Below are positions 11,117 to 26,100 of a stretch of 64,000 nucleotides of DNA, piece after piece (positions within the stretch are counted from its first letter, which is position 1; every line of letters starts with the position of its first letter). The stretch spans positions 620,001-684,000 of the forward strand of contig LSRY02000044.1 of assembly GCA_001643675.2 (NCBI GenBank), written 5' to 3'. This DNA comes from Monocercomonoides exilis PA203. Taxonomy: Eukaryota > Protista > Preaxostyla. The position numbers were made by a program, and so were the translations under genes. The notes below the pieces were generated by a model that saw nothing but the letters and a program-made list of their open reading frames with translations, had not been told where the DNA came from and searched no databases.

Positions 11117-12618
11117 ATGATGCACACTGAAAGAACTGGTACAACAACTCAACTAGAAAGATTTCATTCTAGAAAAAAACACACGTTAACGTTAAAGGAA
11201 GAAATGAAGTTAACGAGCAAAATTTTAAGAAATGTCACCGCTCAACAATTTCCCCAGCATTTCATAGCACAGATATTTAGGAGAAAAGCTTCTTTAATTT
11301 TTTCTTATACGTGCAACGCGACAACACCACAAGAAGATTTATTAAAAGTTTTTAACTTTGTGAAGAAAATTTTGGCACTTGATGACTTATTAAAATTTAA
11401 AAACGACAGTTATTGCTTCAATGGATTATTCGAAATTCTTGTGAGTTTGACTTTATTTTGGAGAGAAGATACGAATCTGCCAAAAAGCCTGCTGTTTGAT
11501 TACCTTGAAAGCTCACTCCCAAGAAAATATTTGGAACAACTTCTATTTTTGCTACTGTATCACTTAAGTCATGTGCTCATACACATGCCTCATCAAACTG
11601 ATTTTTCATTTGAAACAACTTTATTGCATAATACATTTTCACTAATTTCATCTTTGACGAATCTTTCGTATCCACCTTTTGCTAAAATTATCAAAACTTT
11701 TGTGCGTGCGCATGCAATCGAGCTTACATCGATTTGTGCGTTGAATGCAAAGGCTGCACCTCAAACATCTGCCATTAATCATTTACTCCCTGAGCAGACA
11801 ATACTCTTCAAAGTTATAGGAAATCCAAGGAAACTGAATGACCCACTATTTACTTTTCCAAACCTTATGCAAGTCTCCCGCGCGTATGCGGAATCGACGG
11901 CGCACACGCTGAGCCAGTCGCTGAGCCTGCTGATGGGGGTTATCAACAGCCGGAACCACATCCAAAAGAAAGAGGCTATGCGGAGGAATCCGATGATGCA
12001 CACGTGGATGGAGGCGTTTGTGGAGAGCGGCGGGCTGAGCCGGCTGCTGTGTCTGTATTTGGGGAGCGACATGCCAAAGCAGCTGGAGGAGATCGACAAC
12101 GACTGCGCAGAAAGCACACGGATTGTTTTGGGGCAACTTGTGTGTGTGGTGGCGCATCTGCTGGTGAAGGAGATGTGTTCTCCATCAACTCTGCTGGGAG
12201 AACGTAGTACGACAGACGAGAAAACGAGCGAGAAAGGGAAGGAGGCGAAATGGAAGGGAGAGGCTCATACGAACTTGGCTTATTCTAATCGGTCTCCAAT
12301 GCAAAAGCAGATGAAACAAACAGAAATTGATTCATTTGCCGCCTCAATTGCTACAAGAAAGACTGATTTGAGCATTTCACTCGCCAACTTCCCAAAGAAT
12401 CCTGAGCCCATTCCGCAGATTCTGCCTCCTCCGCTTCCGCCCGACTTGTTCTTGCAGTCGCTTCTGATGTGCAACATTTATGTCTCTGTCACCTCTTATC
12501 CGCTGAAGGCACGCAGACACCTCTCCTTCAGCGACGAAGAGCTGAGCCTGCCAAATTTGCCTGATTCTCCCACAACTGCTCCTCCATACACTCCGACAAT
12601 AACATCACATACACCTCA

Positions 12619-12651
<33 letters not shown>

Positions 12652-13613
12652 TTCCTCTCCTTCATCTGCTTTCTCCAGCCCTCTCTTTTCCCCTTCCTCT
12701 CCTTCCTCTTCCTCTTCTCCTTCCCTCGACTCCACCTCTTCCCTCTCCTTCCTCCACCTGATGCCTGCGCAGGGTGTTGTTCTCCTCCTCTTCGCCCGCA
12801 CAATCCAGCTGATTGTCTATTTTGCTCTGAATGTCGCAATTTCTGTCCCTTTCTCTGTGGATGTGCAGGATCTGACTGATTCCTGCGACAGCATCGACAA
12901 CAACTCTGTGTCCGACTACTCTCCTTCACGTAAGCCTGCCTCTGATGGCGAGACAACAGCTGTCTTTGCCATCCCTCCTCCTCTTTCTCTTCGTTCTCTT
13001 CATTCTCCTTTTTCGCACACACATCACATGAAAGAATTCACAGTTGATCCCATTGAAGACATTGATTCCTTCTCTTCCTCTTTCTTCTCCTCATCATTTT
13101 TATGCCAACCAGATGTGTTTCAGCATCTTCTATCTGATCCACACACTTTTCTGAAATGTGCAAGCAGAATGTTTCTGAATGCACAAAGAGAAGAAGCAAA
13201 CAGACAAACACAACAAAATTCTGCTTCTTCTTCTTCTTCTTCTTCTACTTCTTCTTCTACTTCATCTTCATCTTCCTTCTCCTCTTCCTCTTCCTCTTCC
13301 TCTTCCTCTTCCTCTTCTTCTTATTCCACTTCTCCTACTCCTCCTTACAACAGTTATTTGATGGAAGATGATCAATACATGCTCTTCTCTTCTCATTCAC
13401 AAATGGAAGCTCAGCAAAACTTGTCTTCTTCTTCTTCTTTTTCTTCATCTTCATCTTCATCTTCTTCTTCTCTACTTGATATTTCTCATTTGTCCATCTC
13501 TAATGCCTTAGACATCATCAATGACCATTCCTTCTTCTCTTCTTTTTCTGCTATCTCTCCATCTTCTCTGTTCCAGTTCAAGAACTCACAACATTCACAT
13601 CCTTCTTCATTCA

Positions 13614-13644
<31 letters not shown>

Positions 13645-16600
13645 TTCTTCTTCTTCTCCTGCTGCTTCTTCTCTTTTGTTATCTGAAAAACGAACTCTTT
13701 CTTCTTCTCCTCTTCAACAGCCTTCTCCTTCTTCTCCTTCTAAACAATCTTCTCATTCAACAATATATCCATATCCTTCCTCATCTTCTTCTTCCTCTTC
13801 CTCTTCATCTCCGTTATCATCATCATCCTCATCAACAACCTCTTCTTCATCTTCCTCTTCTTCTTCTTCTTCCTCCTCCTCCTCTTCCTCTTTCTCCTCC
13901 CTCGATTCTTCTCTTTCCTCTTCCCCCCGCTTCCAACTCCACAACACAGCTATGAATCCTCAGCATGCTGTCTCTATGCTCTTCTCCCTTCTCTCCCACC
14001 TCACTCGCCTTTTCCCTTCTGTCGTGGCTCCTTTCCTGTATTCTTCTGGCTTTGCTCCTTATCTGCTGCTTTTGTCTTATTCGGCGTCGTTTTTGTCGAC
14101 TGAAGATGGCTTTGAAGAGAATGAGAAAGGAAAGAGAAGAGGAAGAAAGGGAGAAGAAGAGGAAGAGGAAGAAGAAGAAGAAGATGCTGTTAAAAAGGTG
14201 GAGGTGAAGGAGAAAGGGAGAAGAGATGCGAACGAAGAGATTGAGAAGATAAGGAAGGAGAACGAAAGAAGAGAAGGAAAAATCAGTTTGAAAGATAATG
14301 ATTCGACAAAAGATACGAAAAAAGAAGGGGAAAAAGATAAAAACGAGAAAGAGAAGGAAAAAGAATATGAAGATTGGGATGATATAGAAGAAGGAGAAGA
14401 CGAAGAAGATGAAGAAGAAGAAGAAATCTTTGAATTGGATGAAGGAAGAGCAGGCAATAGTTTTGATGAGTGTGTGATAGCTGGCAACAAAATGACTCAA
14501 AATAAAATGAATGCAGTTCCAATGAATGAGAAAGGAGTTGGAACAAAACTGTCTCCTTCCTTCACTCCATCCAATTTATATTCATCATCATCATCTTCTT
14601 CTTCTTCTTCCTCTTCTTTCTCCTCTTCTTCTTCCTCTTCTTCCGATGATGATGATATCAAACACAAAAATCCTTTCTCTTTCTCCTTCGACACCAACCT
14701 TTCTGAATGCATAAGAAATCTCAATGAAACCACTTCTGCTGCAACCAACTGGAATGTTCCTCTTTTCCCTCTCCAATTCAAAAGCTCTTCTTCTGTCCAA
14801 CGGTCTTATCTGGCTTTCATCTACACTGCTTCTACTGTCGATCTGACTGCGTTGGAAAAGAATTCTTTTGTTTCTCCTTTTGCTTATTCTTCTTCTTCTT
14901 CATCGCGCTCCTCCTCCTCCTCCTCTTCTTCTTCTCGCTCATCCAGCCATCATTCATTCCTCTCCAGCTATTTCATCGACTTCTTCAGCAACATCCTCCA
15001 ATCTCTTCTCCTTCTCCCTTTCACTTCCTCTTCTTTCTCTCCTTCTCTTTCCTCTTCTTCTCTTTCTTCTTCCTCCTCCTCCTCTTCTTCTTCTTCAGAC
15101 TCTTCTGATAGATTAGACAGATCTTCCAGTCGCCCTTCTTCTTCCACAAAGCTCTCCCTCGTCTCTTCTTCTCAAATTCTTTCTCCTCAACCTCTTCCTC
15201 CTCCTCTTTCCTCTTCCTCTTCCTCTTCTTCCCCTTCTTTCTCCTCTCCCTTTGCTGATGTGAAATCTTCCACCACAACAGAAGTGTCTCAATCTTCTTC
15301 TTCTTCTTCTTCTTCCTCCTCTTCTTCTGTTTCTTCTGCTCTTTCTCTTTCTTCTCGCTCTTCTCAAAGACAGAGCACGAAACAAGATCTTCATTCAACT
15401 CAATCAAATGCTGTTGATAGCGATGAAGTTAGCATTCATTCCACTTCTTCTTCTGTTTCTTCTTCCTCTTCCTCCTCTTCCTCTACCTCTTCATCATCAT
15501 CTTCTTCTTCCTTCTCTGCTGATCCTTCTCTTCTCTCCACTCTCATTTCTGGCTTGTGCATCTCATTGTCTGTTCTTGACACTCAAAAGGGAGAAGAAGA
15601 AGAAGAAGAAGAAGAAGAAGAAGAACTGAAAGTGCTAAAAGAAAGAGGAGAAAAAGAAGAAAACAGAAAATATTCAAATAAGCAGAAGAATTCAAATCAT
15701 TTGTCATTCACAAGTGATTCAGATACAACACACCATTCATCATCATCATCATCTTCTTCTTCCTCCTCCTCCTCACTCCAATCAAATACATTATTTTCTG
15801 CTATTCCTGCTTCTTCTTCTTCCTTCCCTTCTTTCTCATCTGTCCCCCTTTCTCCTTCTTCTTCTTCTGCTTCTTTGAATTCTTCTCTTCCAAATGTCAG
15901 CATTCCTTCTTCTTCATTTGCTGATTCATTAACTTATTCTTCTTCTTCTTCTTCCTCCTCTTCTTCTTCCTCTTCTTCCTCTTCTTCCTCCTTCCCCTCC
16001 TTCCCCTCCTTCACCACCACCATATCTTCTGCTTTCTTTTCTCCTCCTTCTTCTCCTGCCCCTTCTCTTCCTGCCTCTCTTGCGTTAGCCTCTTCTCATC
16101 TTCTGTCTCAGCCTGCTCCTGATTTGATGGTGAATCACAGTTGGAATGAAGAAGAAGAAGAAGTTAGAAGAGAAAGAAGAGAAAGAAGAGAAGAAGGAAA
16201 AGAAGAAGGAAGAGAAAGAGAAAGAGAAAGAGAAGAAGAAGCAAAAATTTATTCGAACAACAAAGATATTTCATCATCATCATCATCATCATCATCAACA
16301 TCTTCTTCTTCAGATGAATCTTCTCTTTCTTTTCATCACATTCTTTACAGAGAAAGACCTTCTCTTTTATTTGCCATGCTTCTTCGCTTGTTCCATTTGC
16401 TTCCTTCTTATCTTTCTTCTCGTTTGTGCCAAGTTAATCGATCTTCAAAAGAAGAGGAAGAGAACAGTGAGAATAAAAATAGCATGAAAACCAACATGGA
16501 TAACCAATTAACATCAACTGGTTTTTCAAATACAAACAATATAACAACAACAACAACATCATCATCATCATCTTCTTCCTCCTCCTCATCATTATCCTCA

Positions 16601-16816
16601 TCATCATCTTCTTCACAGTCAAGTGAAAACATACAACCATTTTTGAGTATAAACAGAGATGTTTCTGATATTCTGTATACAAATCTGTCAACTTTGACAT
16701 TAACTTCATCATCACAATCAACTTCGCAATCATCACATCCTCCTCCTCCTCCTCCTCCTCCATCTTCTTCTTCTTCTTCTTCATCGTCTTCATCGTCAAC
16801 ACCTTCTTCTGGTTAT

Positions 16817-16851
<35 letters not shown>

Positions 16852-19800
16852 TTCTTCTTCTTCAACACCTTCCTTTTCATCAACTTCTCCAACAACATCA
16901 AATGAAGACAATATTTCCCCCTTCCCTCTACTTTCCTCTTCTTCTCCCTTCTTCCTCTTCTCACCTCTCCTCCACACACCTTCTCATTCATCTGCCTTGC
17001 TTTCTCTTTCCATCATGTTGTCTTCTTCTCTTTCTCCTCTTTCTCCTCTTTCTCTTATTTCTTCTTTGCCCCCTCAGCTTCTGAAGCAGGAGACAGAACG
17101 GATGGCATTGATTGTCGGAGGAAACGATGGATTTCTGAGCATTTTGAAGGAGAAAAGGAAAAATGACAAAATAAAAGGAGAGAAAATAGAAAAAGAGAAA
17201 GAAGAGAAGGAGAAAAAGAAAGAAGAGAAAGAGAAAATGAATGAAGAAGAGGAAGAAGAAGAACAAGAAAATGTTATTGATCAAGTTCCATTTACGCTCA
17301 ACATGATAGAATTCATTCTTAATTCACTTCTTTTGCCCACTTCTTCTCATCCTCCTTCTTTCTCTCGCTCTCTTCTTTCTCTTTCTCTTTCTCTTTCTCT
17401 TTCTCAATCTTTTCCAAAGAATTCAACAAATACATTGAATCAATCTCTAATTGATCTTCTTTCTCTTTCTCCTGTTCTTTCTCCTCCTTCCCCTTTTCTT
17501 TGTGTTAAAGACACAAACCTTCGCTTCTATCTGTTTTCTTTGCTTTCTTCTTTCTCCTCTGCTTCTCCTCTTTGCAGCTATTTCATTGCAAACAGAGTGA
17601 AATCAGCTGTTTCTGAGTTCAATTCATTCACTTTCGTTGATTTGTTGGGATTTAAACAGAACAACACTCAATTGAATAACAATGAAGGAGCATTAGAAAC
17701 AAAGAGGAACACACAAATTACTTCAGCATCTGCTTCATCTGCTCAGCAATCATTGAATTCTTCTTCTCTTTCTTCTTCTCCTCTTTCTTCTGCTTCTTCT
17801 GCTTCCACTCCTCATCTGTTGGAACAAGAACACACTCTTTCTCTTTCTGCTAATTCAACTGCTTCTTCAGCTTCAGCTTCGTCTTCATCGCTTCGAATAG
17901 TAAATTCAAATAGTAACACAGCAATTTTATCTTCAATCTCTTCACCAAATTCAACCTCATCTTCAAATAACCTTCTTTCTCCTCTTTGTTTTCTTCCTTC
18001 TCTTTCTCTTCTCTCTCTCTCTTCCCATCCTTCCTCTCTTATTCTCTCTTCTTCTCTCCTCCCCCGTCTCTCTCTGAACATTCCCCATCTGATTTCACTG
18101 CCTTCCAAGCAAAGTTCATTGGGCGCTGTTCTCATTCAGCTCTTCAGCCACATCCAGTTCAGAATGACATTAGCTGTGTGGGAAGGAGAAGGTGGATGGA
18201 AGAGAATTCGAAAAGAGGAGAAAGAAGGAAGAGAAGGAAGAGAAGAAGAAGAGGTTGATGGGTTGATGACAGATGCATGTGCAAGCAGTGATGAATCAGA
18301 AGAGGAAGAGGAAGAAGAAAGGGGAAATTTGGGAGGCAAAAGAGAAGGAGAGAAGAAAGGGAAAGGGAAGGAGAGGAAGAGGGATGTGGTAGAGATATAC
18401 AGAAGATTCATTGTTGGAGGTGATGATGAAGACGAAGAAGAAGAAGAGGAGGAAGAGGAAGAGGAAGAAGAAGGTTATGAAGATGACAATGGAAATTGTG
18501 TTGATGAGACAACGAGGAAGTTAATGAGAGAACAAAGAGCAGAGAAGAGGAAGAGGAACAAGAAGAATGGCAACCGAAAAGGGAAGAGAACTGAAGAAGA
18601 GGAAGAGGAAGAGGAAGAGGAGAGAAAGAAAAAGCCATCGAAGAAGGTGATGGCAGATGTGAAGTTGATGCATTCACTGAGGGAGTTGTTTGTGCTGATG
18701 CAGGAAGGAGTCAGTGAAGAAGGGGACGGAATGAACAACTTGCAGAACAAAGATGGAATGTTGGTTGAAGAGCTGGAGGAAGAGATGAGTGGAAGTGAAG
18801 AAGAAGAAGAAGAAGAAGAAGAAGAATTTGAAAAGATTGTGAAGGATGCTGAGAAGGAGAATGTTGATAAGATTAGCTCGAAATGTGGAGAAAAGGAAGA
18901 ATTAAACACGGACAAAAAGGAAGAAGCAAAAGACAGCACAAAAAAGGAATTGAACGAGGAAGAAGGAGAAGAACGTGAAATGGATTCATTGAAGCAACCA
19001 GCAGAAAACGAACAAGGAAATACACTCACAAACAGACAGGCAGATGAAAATGATTCAAATGATACAAATGAAGGTGTTCATAATAACAATGCTCAGAATC
19101 AATCAGATGGCAAAGCTGAGACAACTTCTGCCAATTCTGATTTGGCTGCTTCAACAAACAATGAAGAGAACAACAACACATCTTCTGATGTCCAATCTTC
19201 ACAGACATCTTCATCTTCAACTTCATCTTCGTCTTCTCCTTCTCCTTCTTCTCCTTCTGCAGAAGAAGATTTGAAGCGATCACAAACTCTGTTCCCTCCG
19301 CCACCCCCACCACATTCTCTTACGCGTTCCCAGACACTCACGTCCTCATGCAGTTCAAGACAAACAAACAGCACATCAGAAAAGATGGATTCAAATACTC
19401 AAAATGTTGATATTAATAATAATAATAAAATCGCTGTCCAATCAGAAGTATCTGCCGTTCCTTCCATTCTCGAGGCAAGTTGTAAAGCACCTCAAACACA
19501 CACACAAACAGAAGCACATCCACAAAACAACAACAATTTGACAGGCCTGTCAAATTCACAAATGTCAACTGCGATGTCTTCATCTTCTTCCTCTCTTTCT
19601 TCCTCTTCTTCTGATCTGTCTGATTCAACTGCTTCTGCTGCCTCATTAAAATCTTCTCTTTCACTCAGCACTTCTTCCATCTCTGACAACAACGCCTCTG
19701 CCCGTTCAATGAATCTTTCATCGCCTCTTCAGAATTCTCCTTCCACAACAAGAACACGCAACACACCACCACCACCACCACCACCACCTCCTCCTCCTTC

Positions 19801-22160
19801 CAAACGAAAACGCAATCCTCTTCAAAACTCTTCAATTGATTTGAAAACAAAACAACGCTGCAACTTAAGTGCAACCACAATTGGCAGTGTTACAAGAACA
19901 TCCAATCAACTTCCATCCCCTCCTGAATATCAACAGCCAGACCCTCGTTTGTATTCCACTCTGCCTTCTTTACGCACATCTTTATCATCATCATCTTCTT
20001 CTTCTTTATCTTCTTCTTCTGATCAAACAAAATCATCAGAGAATTTAACAGACACCACAAGCACACCTCCTCCTCGTCCTTTGTCTGCCTCTTCCACTGC
20101 AAGCTCATCTTCTCTTTCTTCTTCTTCATCTTCTTTCTCTTCCGCTTCTTCCTCTTCCTCTTCTTCTTCTCCTGCCTCTTCTTATACAGTGAATACCCCT
20201 CCTCCATCATCTACCCAACGACTTGCTTCTCCTCCTCCTTCTCTTTCTCCTCTTCCTTCTCCTCTTCCCTCTCCTTCTCCTTCATTGCCTCAAATTCCTT
20301 CTATCTCACCTTCTCCTTCCCCTCAACCTTCGCCTTCTTCTGCCAACAATTCCATCTTTAAAATGCTTCTGAATGCTAAAAGACACTTCAAAAGGAAAGG
20401 AAATAGTTCAGATACAAATTCTTCATTTTCTCCTTCTCCTTCTTCTCCTTCTGCTTCTTCCTCTTCTCCAATCAGAATGGCCTCTCCTCCTTCCTCTTCT
20501 CCTCCTCCATCTTCATCCATTTCTTCATCAACATCTCTTTCTCCTTCCTCTTCTTCTTCTTCTCCTTCACTCACATACGAAACACATTCAGATGCTCATC
20601 AAATGCCTCACTCTAAATTCATTCATTTGGACAAGTTTAGTCAAATTTGCAATGAAATCGCACAAAATGAAGCAGAAAGCAGAGAAAGAAGAAGTCTTCG
20701 CCTTCAAAAGCAGAGCAATGTGTCTTCGAATTATTTGCTTTCCTCTTTTTCTTCATTAACATCATCTGCATCATCATCATCTCCATCTTTTCGTTCACCG
20801 TCTCCTTCATTCTCTCCTTCTCCTTCTCCTTCTCCTTCTTTCCCTCTTCCTTCTCTCCCTTCTCTCCCTCCTCCTTCTCCCTTCTATTTCTTCTCCTTCC
20901 TCATCAGCCATTTAGACCGTGCCATTCGTCACATAAACGTCCCAAACTTCCTCCGAAGGTTCTTCTTCGGTTCATTTCTCGAAGAAACACGCTGTTTGAA
21001 TGGCCATGTGAAGACAAGAACTGTTCCCTTTGCCTCAATTTGTGTGGAAGCAGCAGGATTTCTTTCATTAGAGGCAGCACTTCTGAAGAAGATGGTTGGA
21101 GAAACAAAGCAGATTGTGTGTGAAGAATGCGAAATGGCACGAAAGAGGAAGGAGAAAGAGCGGAATGGGGCAGAAAATGAATCGATTTATTCAAACAGCG
21201 ATGAAAGTGAATACAATGCAGAAGGAAGAGGAGAAAGTGGAAGAGAAAACATGAGGTTGAGTGTGAGAGAGAGGAAGAGAGGCAGCCATCAAGGAATGTA
21301 TTTCAGACAAGGATCACACTATCTGCACCACCAAAGCTCATATTCACAGCCAATGATGAGCACACAACATGGAAGAGGAGGGTTGGAGAGAAGCATTAGA
21401 GACAATGGCATCATCAGCAGTGAAAGAGAGAAGGAGAAAGAGAGAGAGAAAGAGAAGAAGGCAACGGTGGCTGCTGTTGTTAGGCCTCTCTTTGTGGATC
21501 TGCCGAATACGCTTGTGATATTCCTGGACAGAGACACTATTCCTTTTCAGACTTCTGCTTTGTTGTCAGTTAATAGCTTATCATCATCACAAACATCATC
21601 GCCATTGCCGTCTGCTTCATCCACTCCTTCTCCTTCAGTTAATTCCTCTGCTTCATCATCATCATCATCATCATCATCTTCTTCTTCTTCTTCATCCAAT
21701 TTTGTGTCTGCTTTTGATTCTGTTTCTGTCTTCACTTCTACAACTTCCCTTGCCCTTCCTCCCTCACCCGAAAAGTTCTCTTCTCTTTCATCAACAACAA
21801 CATCAGCATCTTCTTCCTCCTCCTCTTCCTCTCCTTCTTCTCCTTCTCCTTCTCCTATTCTTAATCCCAATTTCAATACAAATATCAATGCCAATGTCGA
21901 TACCACATTCACCCACCCGAACTCTTTCTTCTCCTTTCCTTATTGTTCTCCCCTTGATATGCATCCTTACTCGCTTGAATGTGACTCTTCTGCCTCTTCC
22001 TCGTTGTCTTCTGTAGAGAAGATGATGAGAGCAAACAAACGCATCTGCAATTTAAAGGAGGCAATGGCAAGACAGCCACCCTGGCTGATCACTCAGATGC
22101 TGATAGACAAAGGATGCCCTACGAAGAAGATGGCAAGAGAAGAGGAAAATATTGCTTCTG

Positions 22161-22191
<31 letters not shown>

Positions 22192-23119
22192 ATCCAATCA
22201 GAACCAGAATTCTTCTTCTCAACAAAATATTGAAAGTTCAACAATCATAAAAAGAAGCAGCAGCTACTACAAATACCAATTAGTAGGGATTGTTGGAAAG
22301 GCTGCACAAACACAGAAATCTTCAACATCCCTGTCATCTTCATCATCTTTATCAGCTTCTTCTTTATCTGCTTCTTATTCTTCCTCCTCTTCATATATTT
22401 CTATTGTTCTCAACAGAAAGAACCCATCTCAATGGTTCTGCTATTCTGATGGCACAATTACACCTTTGGATTCAAAACAAGTGGCAAAGATGTGTTTTGG
22501 TGAGTCTGCTTCTTCTTCTTCCTCTTCCTCTTCAGCTTCTTCTAATGCAATTTCAATGAACAATACTTTATCTTCCACTCAAAGAGATTTGAATGCCATC
22601 ACTCCAGCAGCATCGCCAAGATTGTTTGAGAATATCAAACAGAAAGAAGAGAGAGAGAAGAAGGAAGGACACATTTTCAGTGAGAAGGAGAAGTATCCTG
22701 CATGTATGCTGATTTATGAGCGAATTCAGCCAGAAAACGACTGGGCAAAGGAGAAAGAGGAGATGAGAGAGGAAGAAGAGAAGAGGAAGAAAGAGAAAGC
22801 AATTGTGCAGGAGGAGATGGAGAAGAGGGAGAAAGAGAAAGAGAAGGAGAAGGAGAAAAGAAATCAAACGAGAAATAAAGTTGTTATGGAAATAGTGGAT
22901 AAGAAAATCAAAGAGAAAGAGGATGAGAAAGATCTGAAGATGATCGATGACTCGAAGTCTGATATTGCAAAAGTCGAAAAGGTGAATGCGACCAATGAAC
23001 ATGGAGATGAAAAAGCAGAAGTTACCAGAAACACTCCTGTTGACAATGCACAAACATCTGCTGGCCTTTCATCAAGAGCCTCACCTGCTTGTTCATCTCC
23101 TTCTCCTTCTACACCTTCC

Positions 23120-23151
<32 letters not shown>

Positions 23152-26100
23152 ATCATCTCCATCTTCTTCATCTCCTAATCCTCAAACAGCAAATAATCTA
23201 TCTCTTTCAAACAAGACAATTATCCCTCCTTCTTTCCACTTCTTCCAGATGACTCAGAATGTGCCTGACTTCCACACACAAAGAATGCTCCTTCCTCTTT
23301 CGCTTTTGTCTTCCTCTTACACAAAATGGCCATATCCTCATCTTCTTCACTTGGCTGATCTCATTCAATTGCACAGAGCAGAACAGCTGAAGTACATTGT
23401 GAATGATTCGAATTCAAATTCTTCTTCTTCAGTTTCTTCTTCAAACAACTTGAATTCCATTCATTCATATAAACAAAAGATGTTTTCTCAATTGTATTCT
23501 TCTCTGCCTTCTTCTTCTTCTTCACTCTCATTTTCTCCTCTTTCTCTTCGTCTGAGCCATTTGATTGAAAGAGACTGTCTCAACAGAACATTCCTGATGC
23601 ATCTTTTGTTTGATCCTGCATTTCTTTACTTTGTTTATTCGCATCCTTCTTCTTCTTCGTCTTTGGATGAGGAAGAATTTGCGACCATTGAAGAAGCATT
23701 GAATGAGCACTATTCAAATAAAAGAGAGAATTCTGCTACAAAGAAAGACAAGGCTGATGAGAAGGGAAAAGAGCTACTCCAATCAACAATTTCCAATGAG
23801 AATGAAAGTAATGCCACTTCAAATGAAAATCAACCATCACAAAATGGAGAGCAGACAGAGAATGAAAAGAAGAATGAGGCAACATTCATTCAAAAGCTGT
23901 CTCAGAAGAACTTTTTCGATCTTTCTGTGCTTGTTCCATCTGATGACAATAATCCTTTGAACTCTTTCTGTTTCAATGACCCAATCGAATACTCCGTTGT
24001 GAAGGGAATGCAAAGACATTTCGTCTCATCTTCATCCAATTCGGATGAATCTTCCCTCAAATTGTCACTCCACACCCATTTTCCTTCTCAGCTTCTTCAT
24101 TTTCTTCCAACAAACTTCACATATTTGCCGATAGCCACTCGAATGCATCTTTCTCTGCTGGCTCTTCTGTCTTCGCCAACACACCGTGAATTGCTCAGAT
24201 TTTATGACAGCGGCAGATTTGGTGGTGAGAAGCCTGCAATCAATTTTGGCTCGATTTCTCCTTCTTTCGATGCTCAAATGGCTGCAGATGGAGTTATTTC
24301 ATCACTTGTTCGTTTGTTAAAGCGATTTTCTATGCCATCTTCTTGTTCCTCTTCCTCTTCTTCCTCTTCCTCTTTTGCTTCTAATTCAACTGCATCCAAT
24401 TCATTGGATGCTTTCTCAAACAGTCTTTTCGTTCTTTTCTCTCTTCTCTCCGCTCTTCTCTCAACAGACTCTTCTCTTCAGACATTTGAGAACTCTGTTT
24501 CAGATCGGAAAGAATTCGTAAAACATCTTTTGTCTTCTGAAAAAGAAGAGAAACCAAAAGAAGAGATGGAAAAAGTGAACAATGAAATGAAACAAAATAG
24601 AAAGAAGAAGGAAGAAATGAGGGAGAAGCAAAATGAATTGAGAAGTTATGAAGAAATGTTCTGCAGGAACAGAATGGAAGTGAAGACTTACAAAAAAGCT
24701 ATTTATGAAAGAGAAGTGAAAAAATTAAAGGCGAACAAGGAAGGACGTGAAGAAGAAGGAGAAGGAGGAGGAGGAGAAGAAGACCAATTGAGATCAGAAG
24801 GATCTTCTTTTGAGAGGAGAAATGGAAGTGCTTCTCATATTCCAAAGGAAGATAACATTTCTTCAACTTCTCAATCAGTTTGCACTCCAATTTTGCTTGT
24901 CCATCCACCAATGAGCATTTTGTCATTCATTCTGACACATTCAAACAATATTGGCATACTCGAAAGACTGATCTTCAAAGTGCTTCTTCCCGCGTTCTCT
25001 TCTGTTTTCAGACATATTTCAAAGGATTCTCATATCCTTGCAAAGGAAGTGTTTGGTTTTTCGGTTCCATCGTCGTCTTCTTCTTCTGATTCAGCTGATT
25101 CTAATTCTTCATCTTCTTCATCTTCTTCTCTTCCAATTATCTTTGAATCGTCTGTATTTGTGTTTGAAATGCTATTTTCATTCTTTTCTGCTATTAACAA
25201 TCTAATTTGTACACATCCTTTGTTCCAGTCTCATCTTTCAAAGCGTTTTCTCCAAAGAAGTCAATCTTCTGTTCGCTCTTCTTTTACCTCATTGTCTATC
25301 CTTCCTTCTCTTCTGAAGTTCCTCATTTCAATGAGCAGAATCCATCCCCTTTCAGCCACTGCTCTTTATCATTCTTCTCTTCTGCACACCCTTTTTGCCC
25401 TTTTAAACAGAATTATGCATCTCAATCTTGTTCAAACACAAAGAAAACAGAAAGAAAACAATGTGAAAGAAAAGGCTGTTGAAAACAGCTGTCAAAGTGA
25501 AAATGGAGATAATTCTTCTGAACGTGGAACAAAATCTCAAAACACTTCTGGATTTTCTTCTTTGTCAGCAGCAAGAACAAATGCTTCTTCATCTCCTTCA
25601 TCTCCTTCTCCTCCTTCTCCTCCTTCATCTTTGTCATCATTCCTTTCTTCAACAAGCACTTTTTCATTGTCTTCTCACCAGCACATAATTGAAGGGCTGC
25701 TTTGTGAATGCTTCTCTCTTTGTGTGGACAGTTGCATCTCACTCGACATTACTCATTTTGCTCCTCATTTGCATTTTAAGCTTTTCAGCTCAACATTCAG
25801 CAGCCAAACACCAACATCAGATTTGCTTGGTTATTTCACTACATCGTTGGCACAAGACGATTCTTCAATGATAACTTCAAATGCTCCTTCTTCAGAAGCA
25901 CCTGTTTTGAATGAAGCAAATGCTGTTTCTGAACTTCTGGATGCTGCTCAAACTGAAGAAAACAATGAAACTATTGCTGACGTGTCGATAACTTCAATTC
26001 CTCCTTCAATTCCTGCTCCTTTGCTTCCTTCTGTTGATGATGACAGGAATTCAAAAGAGCTCAAGAACGAAGAAAGAACTGAAGAAATTAACACCAAGCT

